Shown here: in pieces, positions 45,197 to 55,386 of the stretch
Layout of the letters: each line of letters starts with the position of its first letter
Numbering within the stretch: the stretch's first letter is position 1
Position numbers and translations under genes: made by a program
Notes under the pieces: model-generated
Database searches by the model: none
What the model was told of the DNA's origin: nothing
Seen by the model: the letters and a program-made list of their open reading frames with translations, nothing else
NCBI GenBank assembly: GCA_051877575.1
Contig: JBJEJA010000052.1
Span: 7,061-71,060 of the forward strand
Source of the DNA: Lachnospiraceae bacterium
Lineage (GTDB): Bacteria > Bacillota > Clostridia > Lachnospirales > Lachnospiraceae
Reading direction: 5' to 3'
Length of the DNA: 64,000 bases

Positions 45197-46141
45197 ATGT
45201 ATAGTTATTCTTTACAGCAATGGTTGTTGTTCTTTTTTATATATTGTTTCCTGGGGTGGTGCTGGGAATCGGTTTATGTCTCGGTCAAAAAAAGAAGATG
45301 GGTCAATCGGGGATTTTTGAACGGACCTTTTCTTCCCATTTACGGATTTGGAGCATTGGCGGTATTGGTTGCAACACTCCCGGTCAGGGAATGGCCGGTG
45401 CTGGTCTACATATTCGGGCTGCTTGGAGCAACGCTTTTGGAGCTGGTGACGGGTATCTGTATGGAAAGTCTTTTCCATGTGCGCTATTGGGATTACAGCA
45501 ATCAAAAATTTAATTTTAAGGGGCATATATGCCTTGGGTCATCGATCGCATGGGGGTTTTTCTCCCTGGCAATGATTTATGGCTTTCATAAGCCGATTGA
45601 ACGTCTGGTACTGGAACTGCCTTACTGGCTGAGCAATGCGGCAGCTTTTGCACTGACAGCCATAGTCGCATCAGACTTTGCAGTCAGCTTCAAGACCGCT
45701 ATGGAATTGCGTGATATTCTGGACAGCATCGAGCGGATGAAAGCGGATATGAAGAGATTGCAGAGAAGAGCAGAGATTATCGAAACCTTCCTTGCAGACA
45801 GTGCTGAAAAGAAGAATGAAGAGTTCATAGAAAAGAAAGAAGAACTGCTTGGCCGTAAGGATGAATTTAAAGAAGAATTACAGGAATTCAAGAATGAATT
45901 TAAGGCGGGATTGCGGGGCCGCAAAGAAGATATCGTGGAAGAGCTTCGTGATATCCGGGAAAAACAGCAGGTTTATCGCGATCGGATGAAAAACGGTACC
46001 AGAAGAAATATTTCTGTAGAAAACCTGTTGAAAAGAAATCCCACAGCAGCATCCAAGAAATATTCCGCAGCGTTAAAAGAGTATAAGGAACAGTTTATCA
46101 ATGCAGTAAAAGAAGAAATAGAAGAGAGAAAGAAACGATGA
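45197..46141 (+). CDS. CmpB/DUF1113-type putative ABC permease with coiled-coil tail
   Basis: YCFLGWCWE, NRGFLNGPFLPIYG, WDYS...NFKGHICL. Confidence 0.8.
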   Translation: MYSYSLQQWLLFFFIYCFLGWCWESVYVSVKKRRWVNRGFLNGPFLPIYGFGALAVLVATLPVREWPVLVYIFGLLGATLLELVTGICMESLFHVRYWDYSNQKFNFKGHICLGSSIAWGFFSLAMIYGFHKPIERLVLELPYWLSNAAAFALTAIVASDFAVSFKTAMELRDILDSIERMKADMKRLQRRAEIIETFLADSAEKKNEEFIEKKEELLGRKDEFKEELQEFKNEFKAGLRGRKEDIVEELRDIREKQQVYRDRMKNGTRRNISVENLLKRNPTAASKKYSAALKEYKEQFINAVKEEIEERKKR

Positions 46142-46539
46142 AAATCAAACCGTTATGGAAGGAAGCGGAGGCAGAACAGCCTACGCAGGATTGTTTGAAA
46201 AAAGAATTCCGGGAGGCAAAGCGCTTCGGAGAGATCAGACTGGGGACGGAGTATCTGTTTTACAGAGGTTTTGTCAGAGTGCGTTTTATTCCGCTTCGGG
46301 AGTGTGAACGGATCTATCTGAGAGTGGAATTCGGCGAATACGGAGAATTTCCTTTGCATGAGCACTATGTGATTGTAGTAACGAAGCAGGGGAAAGAGCT
46401 GAAACTGCGGATGGAGCGTCCCGATGATGCCAAAGACATTATGGCATTTCTGGAAGAGGTCTCCGGGGATCTGAAGCTTGGAAAAGAGACTGACAATCGG
46501 GATATGAGTGATGAAGGCAGGAGGACTATGCATGGATGA
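46138..46539 (+). CDS. Hypothetical protein
   Basis: Coupled to both neighbours (ATGA overlap upstream, 8-nt overlap downstream). Confidence 0.75.
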   Translation: MKIKPLWKEAEAEQPTQDCLKKEFREAKRFGEIRLGTEYLFYRGFVRVRFIPLRECERIYLRVEFGEYGEFPLHEHYVIVVTKQGKELKLRMERPDDAKDIMAFLEEVSGDLKLGKETDNRDMSDEGRRTMHG

Positions 46540-46747
46540 GGATGCAATGATCAATGAAATCCTGAAACATCTGGATGCTGAAACCGGACAAGGCGTTGTC
46601 AGGATGAGTGTACAGATGGATGACAAGGCCGAAACACCGAAACAGATTGATCACGGATGCTGTCATATGTACGGGAGACCTGCCAATGAAACGGTAGGTC
46701 TGTTGGATATGTATACGGATATCAGTCAGGGAGAAAACGACCGTTGA
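46532..46747 (+). CDS. 71-aa homolog of the pfl-operon small protein
   Basis: AGGAGG RBS before ATG 46532; MDEDAMINEILKHLD vs MDENAMIEDLIKQLD; shared KxI/V-D/E...GC segment. Confidence 0.8.
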   Translation: MDEDAMINEILKHLDAETGQGVVRMSVQMDDKAETPKQIDHGCCHMYGRPANETVGLLDMYTDISQGENDR

Positions 46748-46775
46748 TGTACAGGAGACGGATAGGGGGATCAGA

Positions 46776-49370
46776 ATGTATGCGATTATAAATGTAGTAC
46801 AATTTTTTGGGGTTATTGTAGGCTTTCTGACCATAGTGATCGTGGCGCTGCAAAAGGCATCAGAAAATCAAAAAGTTCTGCTGCTTGCCTGCAGTTGTGC
46901 TTTTTTAAGTATTTTATCTTATACTCTGGAAATCAACAGCACATCCTTAGATGCAATGGTCCTTGCTTTAAAATTCGGATATTTGGGAAAATGCTATGTA
47001 CTGCTTTTCTTTTTAATGTTTATGGCGGCATATTGTAAAGTGTCGTTCCCAAAGCCGATCTTTCGCTTTTTCCTGATCTTTAATACGGCGATGCTTGCGG
47101 TAATTATTACCTGTGAAAAACATACGCTTTATTATCGTAATCTGCATATCGAAACGGACGGGATATTCCCGCATCTGGCCTTTGAAAAGGGAATCTGTTA
47201 TTGGATGTTTATGGCGGTCATGTTGTTTCTGATGGTCTGGTATCTGGTTATTTCCGTTATTGAACTGAAAAAAAGAAACGGGAAAGAAAGAAAGCAGCTG
47301 CTTCTGCTTTCCATGGCGGGCATTGTTCCTTCCTTTATGCTGGTCGTTTATCTGACGGGAATTTTAGATGTATTCGATCCGGTTCCCATCGGGATAGTGG
47401 TTTCCTGTAGCTTACTGACGGTCAATGTAGTAAAATACGGACTTTTGGACACAATGCAGCTGGCGAAGGAAAAGGTAATCGAGAGCACCAAAGAAGGGCT
47501 GATCATTGTAGATCCCAATTATAACCTTTTATATGTCAATAAGGTTGCAAAGCTTCTTTTTCCGGATGTGGATGATGCGAAAAAAAGAGGAGAACGGCTA
47601 AAGGAAATATTCGGAGGGGATCAGAGAGAAGCTATCCTTGTCCTGAACGGCAGAAATTATGAAGTTCGTGTTTCGGAAATTACGGAGGACGCTTATCAGG
47701 AGACCGTAAAGGGATATTTGGCATGGATTTTTGACATGACCTTTATCAACCGCTATACGGAAGAAATGATACGCTTGAGGCAGGAAGCGGAAAAAGCCAA
47801 TCTGGCAAAGTCTTCTTTCCTGGCTCATATGTCCCATGAGATCAGAACGCCTATGAATGCAATCATCGGATATTCGGATCTGTGTCTGAGAAGCGATTCG
47901 CAGGATGAGATTGAAAATTATGTCGGAAATATCAAAACATCCGCGGAAACATTGTTGAATCTGATCAATGATGTGCTGGATCTTTCCAAAATAGAATCCG
48001 GAAAGATGGAATTGGTGGAATTGGAATACCCTACGGAAGCGTTGATGAGTGAGACGATTTCGGTTATCGGGCAGCAGGCACAGGCAAAAGGACTGATGTT
48101 CCGTTATATGCTGGAGGAACGTCTTCCTTCCGTATTGTACGGAGACAAAATGCGTGTCCGGGAAATTGCGGCAAATCTATTGTCCAATGCCGTAAAATAT
48201 ACAAATGAAGGAACGATCTTATTTAAGATTAAGGAAATCAAAAGAATCGGAAAAGAAATCCTGTTGGAGATCATAGTGAAGGATACCGGTATTGGGATCA
48301 AAGAAGAAGATAAGGAAAAGCTTTTCCGGAAATTTGAACAATTTGACAGCTTGAAGAATTATTCCAAAGAGGGGACCGGACTGGGACTGGCAATTGTCAA
48401 AAATCTGGCGGAACTGATGGATGGTTCGGTGGAGGTAGAAAGTACCTATGGCAGAGGCAGTATTTTCAGAGTGCGGGTATGGCAGAAGATTGCGGATAGT
48501 ACGCCTGTAGGAGAGTTCCGCGGAACCAATCAGGATAAGGCGGTTTCCGCAAAAAAAGTCGGCGCAGGGCAGCAGAGAGTTCAATTCCCGCAGGCATCTG
48601 TTCTGGTGGTAGATGATAATGAGGTTAATCTAAAAGTTGCTTATGGCTTACTAAAGCTGTATGGGATAGAAGCAGAATTGTTGGAATCCGGGAAAGCCTG
48701 TTTGGAAGCGGCAGAGAACGAGAGGTATGATCTGGTGTTTATGGATTTGATGATGCCGGAGATGGACGGCGTTGAGACGATGCACCGGTTGAGAAAGGAA
48801 CGGGAAGGCTACGGGAATATTCCGATTATTGCATTGACGGCAAATACGCTTGTGGGAGTTAAGGAAGAGATGTTGGCAGAGGGATTTGATGATTTTCTTG
48901 GAAAACCCATCGAGCTGTTGGAACTGGAAAAGATTCTGGAGCGATTCTTAAAAGAAAGATGCGTATTCCTGCAGGAAGATGCCAATATCCGAAAGGGCAC
49001 AAAAAAAGAAAGCGGTTATGAAATATTGATTCAGGGCGGAATACAGGCTGAAAACGGAGAAGCATTTTGCGGAGATGCCGACGGATATCGGGTGATTCTC
49101 CAGACTTTTGCCGATCATGCGCCCAAGCAGCAGCAAATGCTTTGTGAAGCCCTGGATAAAAAAGATGTCGAACAATATGAAATTCAGGTGCATGCGCTGA
49201 AAAGTTCCGCTGCAGCAATCGGAGCGGAGCAGCTGTCTCAAATGGCGAAGGAACATGAATATGCCGTTAAGGAAGAAAATTTTCAATTTGCGGAAGAACA
49301 TTTTGAAATTCTTTATAAAGCATATGAGGATGTTGTGGCGGCAATCCGGCATTATTTGCAGACATTGTAG
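46776..49370 (+). CDS. Hybrid sensor histidine kinase (7TM-PAS-like-HisKA-HATPase-REC-Hpt)
   Basis: About 7 TM helices; MSHEIRTPMN; NLLSNAVKYT; DTGIGI; GTGLGL; FMDLMMPEMDG; HALKSS. Confidence 0.93.
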   Translation: MYAIINVVQFFGVIVGFLTIVIVALQKASENQKVLLLACSCAFLSILSYTLEINSTSLDAMVLALKFGYLGKCYVLLFFLMFMAAYCKVSFPKPIFRFFLIFNTAMLAVIITCEKHTLYYRNLHIETDGIFPHLAFEKGICYWMFMAVMLFLMVWYLVISVIELKKRNGKERKQLLLLSMAGIVPSFMLVVYLTGILDVFDPVPIGIVVSCSLLTVNVVKYGLLDTMQLAKEKVIESTKEGLIIVDPNYNLLYVNKVAKLLFPDVDDAKKRGERLKEIFGGDQREAILVLNGRNYEVRVSEITEDAYQETVKGYLAWIFDMTFINRYTEEMIRLRQEAEKANLAKSSFLAHMSHEIRTPMNAIIGYSDLCLRSDSQDEIENYVGNIKTSAETLLNLINDVLDLSKIESGKMELVELEYPTEALMSETISVIGQQAQAKGLMFRYMLEERLPSVLYGDKMRVREIAANLLSNAVKYTNEGTILFKIKEIKRIGKEILLEIIVKDTGIGIKEEDKEKLFRKFEQFDSLKNYSKEGTGLGLAIVKNLAELMDGSVEVESTYGRGSIFRVRVWQKIADSTPVGEFRGTNQDKAVSAKKVGAGQQRVQFPQASVLVVDDNEVNLKVAYGLLKLYGIEAELLESGKACLEAAENERYDLVFMDLMMPEMDGVETMHRLRKEREGYGNIPIIALTANTLVGVKEEMLAEGFDDFLGKPIELLELEKILERFLKERCVFLQEDANIRKGTKKESGYEILIQGGIQAENGEAFCGDADGYRVILQTFADHAPKQQQMLCEALDKKDVEQYEIQVHALKSSAAAIGAEQLSQMAKEHEYAVKEENFQFAEEHFEILYKAYEDVVAAIRHYLQTL

Positions 49371-49561
49371 GAAAAAGCACCAAACAGAAGAAGGAATATT
49401 CGTGCAAATACACAAAAATGAGTTTTTGGACATGGGATTTGAATAAAGTGGTTGTATATTTTAGGGGGTATGTTACAATCAGGATAAGGCTGAAATGCTA
49501 TGGAAAAAGCCTGTTTTTGAGCTGAAGTGTGGGGCATCGATGAAAGAGAAGGAGAAGGCAT

Positions 49562-49951
49562 ATGAAATGTTTTGCATGTGGAAAAGACAGCGTAGGAGAA
49601 TTGTGTAATGCATGTATCAGAACCGAGGAAGTTAAGTATTCCAAGGATTGGGTATACAAAGAAGGATTGCTGATGAAAAAGACGGAAGATTTCAAGGTGG
49701 TAATATCAAGCATCCGGGTAAGCGGAAAATTTGCCATTTGTGATAATACTTCCGGTATGAATGTACGTCTGGACAGTGCTTCCCATTACATTAAAAATGT
49801 AAAGGGAGTTGTATCCGCTACATACAATAAAAAGGAATGCCCGGCAATAGCCGTGGAAAATCCCGAAACGGGTATGAAAAGATTCCTTTTGATGCCGATG
49901 TTTGACGGAAACAAGGCAGAATTGGAGGCGGCAATCAAAGCCTGTCAGTAA
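49562..49951 (+). CDS. Hypothetical protein with N-terminal CxxC...CxxC
   Basis: MKCFACG...LCNAC; RBS and own terminator. Confidence 0.75.
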   Translation: MKCFACGKDSVGELCNACIRTEEVKYSKDWVYKEGLLMKKTEDFKVVISSIRVSGKFAICDNTSGMNVRLDSASHYIKNVKGVVSATYNKKECPAIAVENPETGMKRFLLMPMFDGNKAELEAAIKACQ

Positions 49952-49969
49952 AATGAAAGATTGAGCGGG

Positions 49970-50011
49970 GCTGACATCTTTTGGATATCTGAAAGATGTC
50001 GGCTTTTTTTT
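49970..50011 (+). terminator. Intrinsic terminator
   Basis: gctgacatcttt...aaagatgtcggc followed by T8. Confidence 0.85.
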
Positions 50012-50079
50012 GCATATTTTTATGATAAAAGATATAATGTAAAGAAAGTGTGAAGAAAAAAGATGAAGAGGGGATACTG

Positions 50080-51228
50080 ATGAAAGCATTGATACTATCC
50101 TGCAATACCGGGGGAGGTCATAATTCTGCGGGATTGGCCATGAAAGAGCGGATAGAGGCAGAGGGCGGAGAAGCATATTTTTTCGATTATCTGACACTGG
50201 CAGGGGGAAAGGTGTCCCAGATTGTGGGAGACGGTTATGTGAAGCTGGTGAAAAAGACACCTGCCCTGTTTGGTTTGGTATACCGTCTTGGAGCGCTGGT
50301 CAGCAAAATGACAAAACGGTCGCCTGTGTACTATGTCAATGGGATGATGGCAAAATATCTGGATGAATTTTTGAGACTCAATGAGTTTGATGTTATTATC
50401 ATGCCTCATTTATATCCGGCAGAAACCATTACTTATATGAAAAGAAAAGGGATGGCTCTGCCTCTGACCATAGCAATCGGTACAGATTATACCTGTATTC
50501 CTTTTTGGGGAGAGACGGAATGTGATTATTATATGGTTCCCCATGAGGAGCTGACGGATGAGTTTGTTAACGGTAGAATTATACGGGAGCAGCTGTATCC
50601 TTCCGGTATTCCCGTATCCATGAAATATTTGGAGACAGTTGACAAGAAAGAGGCAAAAAAGCGCTTATATGCACATCTTGGTCTGGATAATCATCCGAAG
50701 GAACGGATTTTGCTGGTAATCGGGGGAAGCATGGGAGCGGGAAATCTCAAAGTACTTACCAGAATGATCTATCTGTTGAAAAAGCGCAGAGACCGCATGA
50801 TCGTAATCTGCGGCAGCAATGAAATGATGAGGAAACGCTTGGCACGTATATTCAGAAAAAAGGACAGCGTGATGATACTGGGAAAAACCGATGAAATGCC
50901 TTTGTTTATGAAAGCTGCCGATGTGATTTATACGAAACCGGGCGGACTGACAACAACGGAAGCAGCGGTAACGGGCAGTGCGTTGGTACTGACGAATCCT
51001 ATCCCCGGTTGTGAAACCCAAAACCGGCGTTTCTTCAGAAAGCACGGGTTATGTGTCAGCGGACGTAATCTTTATGTTCAGGCAGCTGCGGGAATCCGTC
51101 TTTTAAACGATGAGGAGAAGACGAAACGGATGAAAGAGAAACAACATGAGGTGCTTCCGCAGGATGCATCGCTTGCGATTTATCGTTTTATAGAAGAAAA
51201 ATTGCGGGAAAGGAATGAAAACGCATGA
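50080..51228 (+). CDS. MGDG synthase/UgtP-like glycosyltransferase (GT28)
   Basis: SCNTGGGHNSA, TDY, GIPV, GGSMG, TKPGGLTTTEA, PIPGCE. Confidence 0.88.
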   Translation: MKALILSCNTGGGHNSAGLAMKERIEAEGGEAYFFDYLTLAGGKVSQIVGDGYVKLVKKTPALFGLVYRLGALVSKMTKRSPVYYVNGMMAKYLDEFLRLNEFDVIIMPHLYPAETITYMKRKGMALPLTIAIGTDYTCIPFWGETECDYYMVPHEELTDEFVNGRIIREQLYPSGIPVSMKYLETVDKKEAKKRLYAHLGLDNHPKERILLVIGGSMGAGNLKVLTRMIYLLKKRRDRMIVICGSNEMMRKRLARIFRKKDSVMILGKTDEMPLFMKAADVIYTKPGGLTTTEAAVTGSALVLTNPIPGCETQNRRFFRKHGLCVSGRNLYVQAAAGIRLLNDEEKTKRMKEKQHEVLPQDASLAIYRFIEEKLRERNENA

Positions 51229-51815
51229 GGGAAGCCGGCATTATCATTTTAGGCTATCTTTTGGGAAGTATTTTATTTGGAGAGGTTTTCTTAAAACTAT
51301 TAAAAAAGAAAGATATTCACCGGGAGGGGAAAGACGGCAATCCGGGAACCTTCAATGCTTTTGCGGCCGGAGGTGTATTGTGCGGAGTCCTGACGTTGGT
51401 CTGCGACATGGCAAAGGGGATGCTTCCCGTTGCATTGTTCCTTTACTGCAACGGAGGAGACAGAACGGACTGGATGTTGATTCCGGCCATGGTAGCGCCG
51501 GTACTTGGACATGCCTTTCCGATCTACAAAGGTTTTCGGGGAGGCGGCAAAGCAATTGCAGTTAGCTTTGGCTCACTACTGGGGTTTGTTCCGGATGTTA
51601 TACCGGCGTTGATACCTGCCGTATTTTATCTGCTGTTTTCCGCAATAAAGGTACAGCCCCATGCCAAAAGATCCATCTTTACTTTTTCCTGCAGTATCGT
51701 CGTTGCGTTATTTGCCATTAAGGAGTATGCGGTCAAAATAGGCATGCTCCTGATCAGTGCGGTGGTCGTGGGAAAGCATATACCGTCTGCGCTTCAGAAG
51801 GAAGTCGAGTGTTAA
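51225..51815 (+). CDS. PlsY-family glycerol-3-phosphate acyltransferase
   Basis: GYLLGSI, GNPGTFN, DMAKG, GHAFP...GGKAIA. Confidence 0.85.
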   Translation: MREAGIIILGYLLGSILFGEVFLKLLKKKDIHREGKDGNPGTFNAFAAGGVLCGVLTLVCDMAKGMLPVALFLYCNGGDRTDWMLIPAMVAPVLGHAFPIYKGFRGGGKAIAVSFGSLLGFVPDVIPALIPAVFYLLFSAIKVQPHAKRSIFTFSCSIVVALFAIKEYAVKIGMLLISAVVVGKHIPSALQKEVEC

Positions 51816-51890
51816 TATAAATTGACAATCATTACTGTATAAAGGTAAAATAATGAACAAAGAAAAGTGCATAAACAGGAGGAAAATATT

Positions 51891-54800
51891 GTGCCAAAAA
51901 GAACAGATATCCATAAAGTATTAATTATCGGATCGGGACCGATCATCATAGGACAGGCCTGCGAGTTTGACTATTCGGGAACACAGGCGTGTAAAGCCCT
52001 TCGAAAACTGGGATATGAAATCGTATTGGTCAATTCCAATCCGGCTACGATCATGACGGATCCGGAAACTGCCGATGTGACATATATTGAGCCTTTGAAT
52101 GTAGAAAGACTGGAACAGATCATTGCTAAAGAACGTCCGGATGCACTGCTTCCAAATCTGGGAGGACAGTCCGGTCTGAACCTGTGTGCCGAATTGAATA
52201 AAGCCGGTATTCTGGATAAATACGGGGTCAAGGTAATCGGTGTCCAGGTGGATGCCATTGAACGCGGTGAAGACCGTATCGAATTTAAAAAGACAATGGA
52301 TAAACTGGGAATTGAAATGGCACGAAGTGAAGTAGCCTATTCCGTGGATGAGGCCCTTGCCATTGCCGACAAGCTGGGATATCCGGTTGTATTGCGTCCG
52401 GCCTATACCATGGGCGGTGCAGGCGGAGGTCTGGTATACAATAAAGAAGAACTGAAGACGGTTTGTGCCAGAGGGCTTCAGGCCAGTCTGGTAGGGCAGG
52501 TACTGGTAGAGGAATCCATTCTGGGCTGGGAGGAGCTGGAGCTGGAGGTTGTCCGCGATGCAGACAATAATATTATCACCGTTTGTTTTATCGAAAATAT
52601 CGATCCCCTCGGTGTGCATACCGGGGATTCTTTCTGCTCGGCACCGATGCTGACGATCTCCGAGGAATGTCAGAAGAGACTGCAGGAGCAGGCATATAAA
52701 ATCGTAGAATCCGTTCAGGTCATCGGCGGTACCAATGTACAATTTGCCCACGACCCGGTTTCGGACCGTATCATTGTCATCGAGATCAATCCCCGTACAT
52801 CCCGGTCTTCCGCTCTGGCATCCAAAGCAACGGGCTTTCCCATTGCGCTGGTTTCCGCAATGCTGGCCACGGGACTGACGCTTAAGGATATTCCCTGTGG
52901 GAAATACGGCACGTTGGATAAATATGTGCCGGACGGAGATTATGTGGTCATCAAATTTGCCCGTTGGGCATTTGAGAAGTTTAAGGGTGTTGAGGATAAG
53001 CTGGGAACCCAGATGCGCGCTGTAGGCGAGGTTATGAGTATCGGTAAAACTTATAAGGAGGCTTTCCAGAAAGCAATCCGTTCTCTGGAGACAGGCCGCT
53101 ATGGACTGGGACATGCTAAGAACTTTGACTCTCTGGATAAGGAAGAGCTGCTCAAAAGGCTGGCGACACCTTCCAGTGAACGTCACTTCCTGATGTATGA
53201 GGCACTCCGCAAAGGAGCTTCTGTAGAGGAAATCTTTGAATTAACCAAGGTAAAATCTTATTTTATTGAACAGATGAAAGAGCTGGTAGAGGAAGAGGAA
53301 GCACTGCTTGCCTGCAAAGGAAGTATGCCGGCCGACGATATGCTGATCACAGCAAAGAAGGATGGATTTTCCGATAAGTATTTAAGCCGGCTTCTGGAGA
53401 TACCCGAAGAGGATATCCGTAACCGCCGCATCGAGCTGGGCGTGGAGGAAGCATGGGAAGGCGTTCATGTAAGCGGAACCGAAGACAGTGCTTACTATTA
53501 TTCCACATATAATGCACCGGATAAGAACCCGGTCAATACAGAAAAACCCAAGATCATGATTTTGGGCGGCGGGCCCAACCGCATCGGACAGGGCATCGAG
53601 TTTGACTACTGCTGCGTACATGCATCTCTGGCTCTGAAGAAGCTGGGATTTGAGACAATCATTGTAAACTGTAATCCCGAGACCGTATCCACGGATTATG
53701 ATACTTCCGATAAGCTGTACTTTGAGCCTTTGACGTTGGAAGATGTACTGAGCATTTACAAGAAAGAGAAACCTTTGGGTGTGATTGCACAGTTTGGCGG
53801 ACAGACACCCTTGAATCTGGCGGCAGAGCTGGAGAAAAACGGAGTGAAGATTTTAGGAACGGCGCCGTCTGTGATCGATCTTGCCGAAGATAGGGATCTG
53901 TTCCGTGAAATGATGGAGAAGCTGGAAATTCCCATGCCGGAGTCGGGAATGGCGGTGGATGTGCAGGAAGCGATCGATATCGCCAATCAAATCGGATATC
54001 CCGTTATGGTTCGTCCTTCTTATGTACTGGGCGGACGCGGTATGGAAGTGGTTTACGATGATGAAAGCATGACCGAATACATGAAGGCGGCAGTTGGTGT
54101 AACGCCTGACCGCCCCATTCTGATCGACCGGTTCTTAAATCATGCGTTGGAATGTGAAGCAGATGCCATCAGTGACGGCACCCATGCATTTGTACCGGCT
54201 GTCATGGAGCATATCGAGCTTGCGGGCATCCATTCCGGAGACTCTGCATGTATCATTCCTTCGGTACACATTTCCGAAGAAAATGTGAGAATCATTAAGG
54301 AATATACGAGAAAGATTGCGGAAGAAATGCATGTCAAAGGTCTCATGAACATGCAGTATGCCATTGAAAACGGAAAAGTGTACGTATTGGAGGCGAATCC
54401 CAGAGCATCCCGTACCGTTCCGCTGGTATCCAAGGTATGCAACATCCGTATGGTTCCTCTGGCAACGGATATTATTACCTCCGAGATTACCGGCCGTCCT
54501 TCCCCCGTACCGGGATTAAAGGATCAGGAGATTCCTTATTACGGAGTGAAAGAAGCGGTATTTCCTTTCAATATGTTCCAGGAGGTTGATCCTGTTCTCG
54601 GACCGGAAATGCGTTCTACCGGAGAGGTATTGGGCTTATCCCGTTCCTATGGAGAAGCTTTCTACAAGGCACAGGAGGCGATTCAGTCCAAACTGCCATT
54701 GGAAGGAACCGTGTTAATTTCCGTCAATGATAAAGATAAAGATGAAGTTGTGGAAGTGGCAACAAGCCTTGCGAACGACGGTTTTCGTATCGTAGCTACC

Positions 54801-55115
54801 GGAGGTACTTATGATATTCTGTCTGCAGCGGGACTGGAAGTAACCAAAGTCAAAAAGATATATGAGGGACGGCCCAATGTGGCAGACCTGATTACAAACG
54901 GAGAAATTCAGATGGTTGTAAATTCACCCATCGGAAAAAATACCCTTCATGATGACGGTTACTTAAGAAAAGCGGCAATCAAGGCAAAAGTACCTTATAT
55001 GACAACGATTGCTGCGGCAAAAGCCACGGCGGAGGGAATACATTATATTAAGTCCAATACAAGCGGCAAATTGAAATCCCTGCAGGAACTGCATAGTGAA
55101 ATTCATGATAAATAG
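51891..55115 (+). CDS. carB: Carbamoyl-phosphate synthase large subunit
   Basis: PKRTDI...GSGPIIIGQACEFDYSG; duplicated ATP-grasp domains; MGS domain; no adjacent carA. Confidence 0.97.
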   Translation: MPKRTDIHKVLIIGSGPIIIGQACEFDYSGTQACKALRKLGYEIVLVNSNPATIMTDPETADVTYIEPLNVERLEQIIAKERPDALLPNLGGQSGLNLCAELNKAGILDKYGVKVIGVQVDAIERGEDRIEFKKTMDKLGIEMARSEVAYSVDEALAIADKLGYPVVLRPAYTMGGAGGGLVYNKEELKTVCARGLQASLVGQVLVEESILGWEELELEVVRDADNNIITVCFIENIDPLGVHTGDSFCSAPMLTISEECQKRLQEQAYKIVESVQVIGGTNVQFAHDPVSDRIIVIEINPRTSRSSALASKATGFPIALVSAMLATGLTLKDIPCGKYGTLDKYVPDGDYVVIKFARWAFEKFKGVEDKLGTQMRAVGEVMSIGKTYKEAFQKAIRSLETGRYGLGHAKNFDSLDKEELLKRLATPSSERHFLMYEALRKGASVEEIFELTKVKSYFIEQMKELVEEEEALLACKGSMPADDMLITAKKDGFSDKYLSRLLEIPEEDIRNRRIELGVEEAWEGVHVSGTEDSAYYYSTYNAPDKNPVNTEKPKIMILGGGPNRIGQGIEFDYCCVHASLALKKLGFETIIVNCNPETVSTDYDTSDKLYFEPLTLEDVLSIYKKEKPLGVIAQFGGQTPLNLAAELEKNGVKILGTAPSVIDLAEDRDLFREMMEKLEIPMPESGMAVDVQEAIDIANQIGYPVMVRPSYVLGGRGMEVVYDDESMTEYMKAAVGVTPDRPILIDRFLNHALECEADAISDGTHAFVPAVMEHIELAGIHSGDSACIIPSVHISEENVRIIKEYTRKIAEEMHVKGLMNMQYAIENGKVYVLEANPRASRTVPLVSKVCNIRMVPLATDIITSEITGRPSPVPGLKDQEIPYYGVKEAVFPFNMFQEVDPVLGPEMRSTGEVLGLSRSYGEAFYKAQEAIQSKLPLEGTVLISVNDKDKDEVVEVATSLANDGFRIVATGGTYDILSAAGLEVTKVKKIYEGRPNVADLITNGEIQMVVNSPIGKNTLHDDGYLRKAAIKAKVPYMTTIAAAKATAEGIHYIKSNTSGKLKSLQELHSEIHDK

Positions 55116-55301
55116 AAATTCATAAAAAATAGAAAAAGATGTGTTAAAAAAGGGTGGGACTGTGGATTTTTCAGCACAAATACTGAGAGAATACAGAGAA
55201 GATTTGATGTGAGGGAATCAACAGGTTCCTGCCCCAGATAATTTGGAAGTATTTCACGATAAATGGACATGAAAATACACTTTCAAATAAAAAATGGCAG
55301 G

Positions 55302-55330
55302 GTATAAAATTCCTTTGTTTACAAATACTA
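55302..55330 (+). promoter_or_regulatory. Forespore (sigF/sigG-type) promoter
   Basis: GTATA-17 nt-AATACTA upstream of the MKATG start. Confidence 0.6.
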
Positions 55331-55371
55331 CTAGCACGCAAGTAGAAAATGTAAACGGAGGAAATTTTTAT

Positions 55372-55386
55372 ATGAAAGCTACGGGT
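55372..55386 (+). pseudogene. spoVT: 5' stub (MKATG) of an interrupted AbrB/SpoVT-family gene, most likely spoVT
   Basis: GGAGG RBS plus ATG AAA GCT ACG GGT, the SpoVT N-terminus. The frame then diverges and stops at 55413. Forespore-type promoter and spoVG-pth-mfd synteny agree. Confidence 0.7.
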
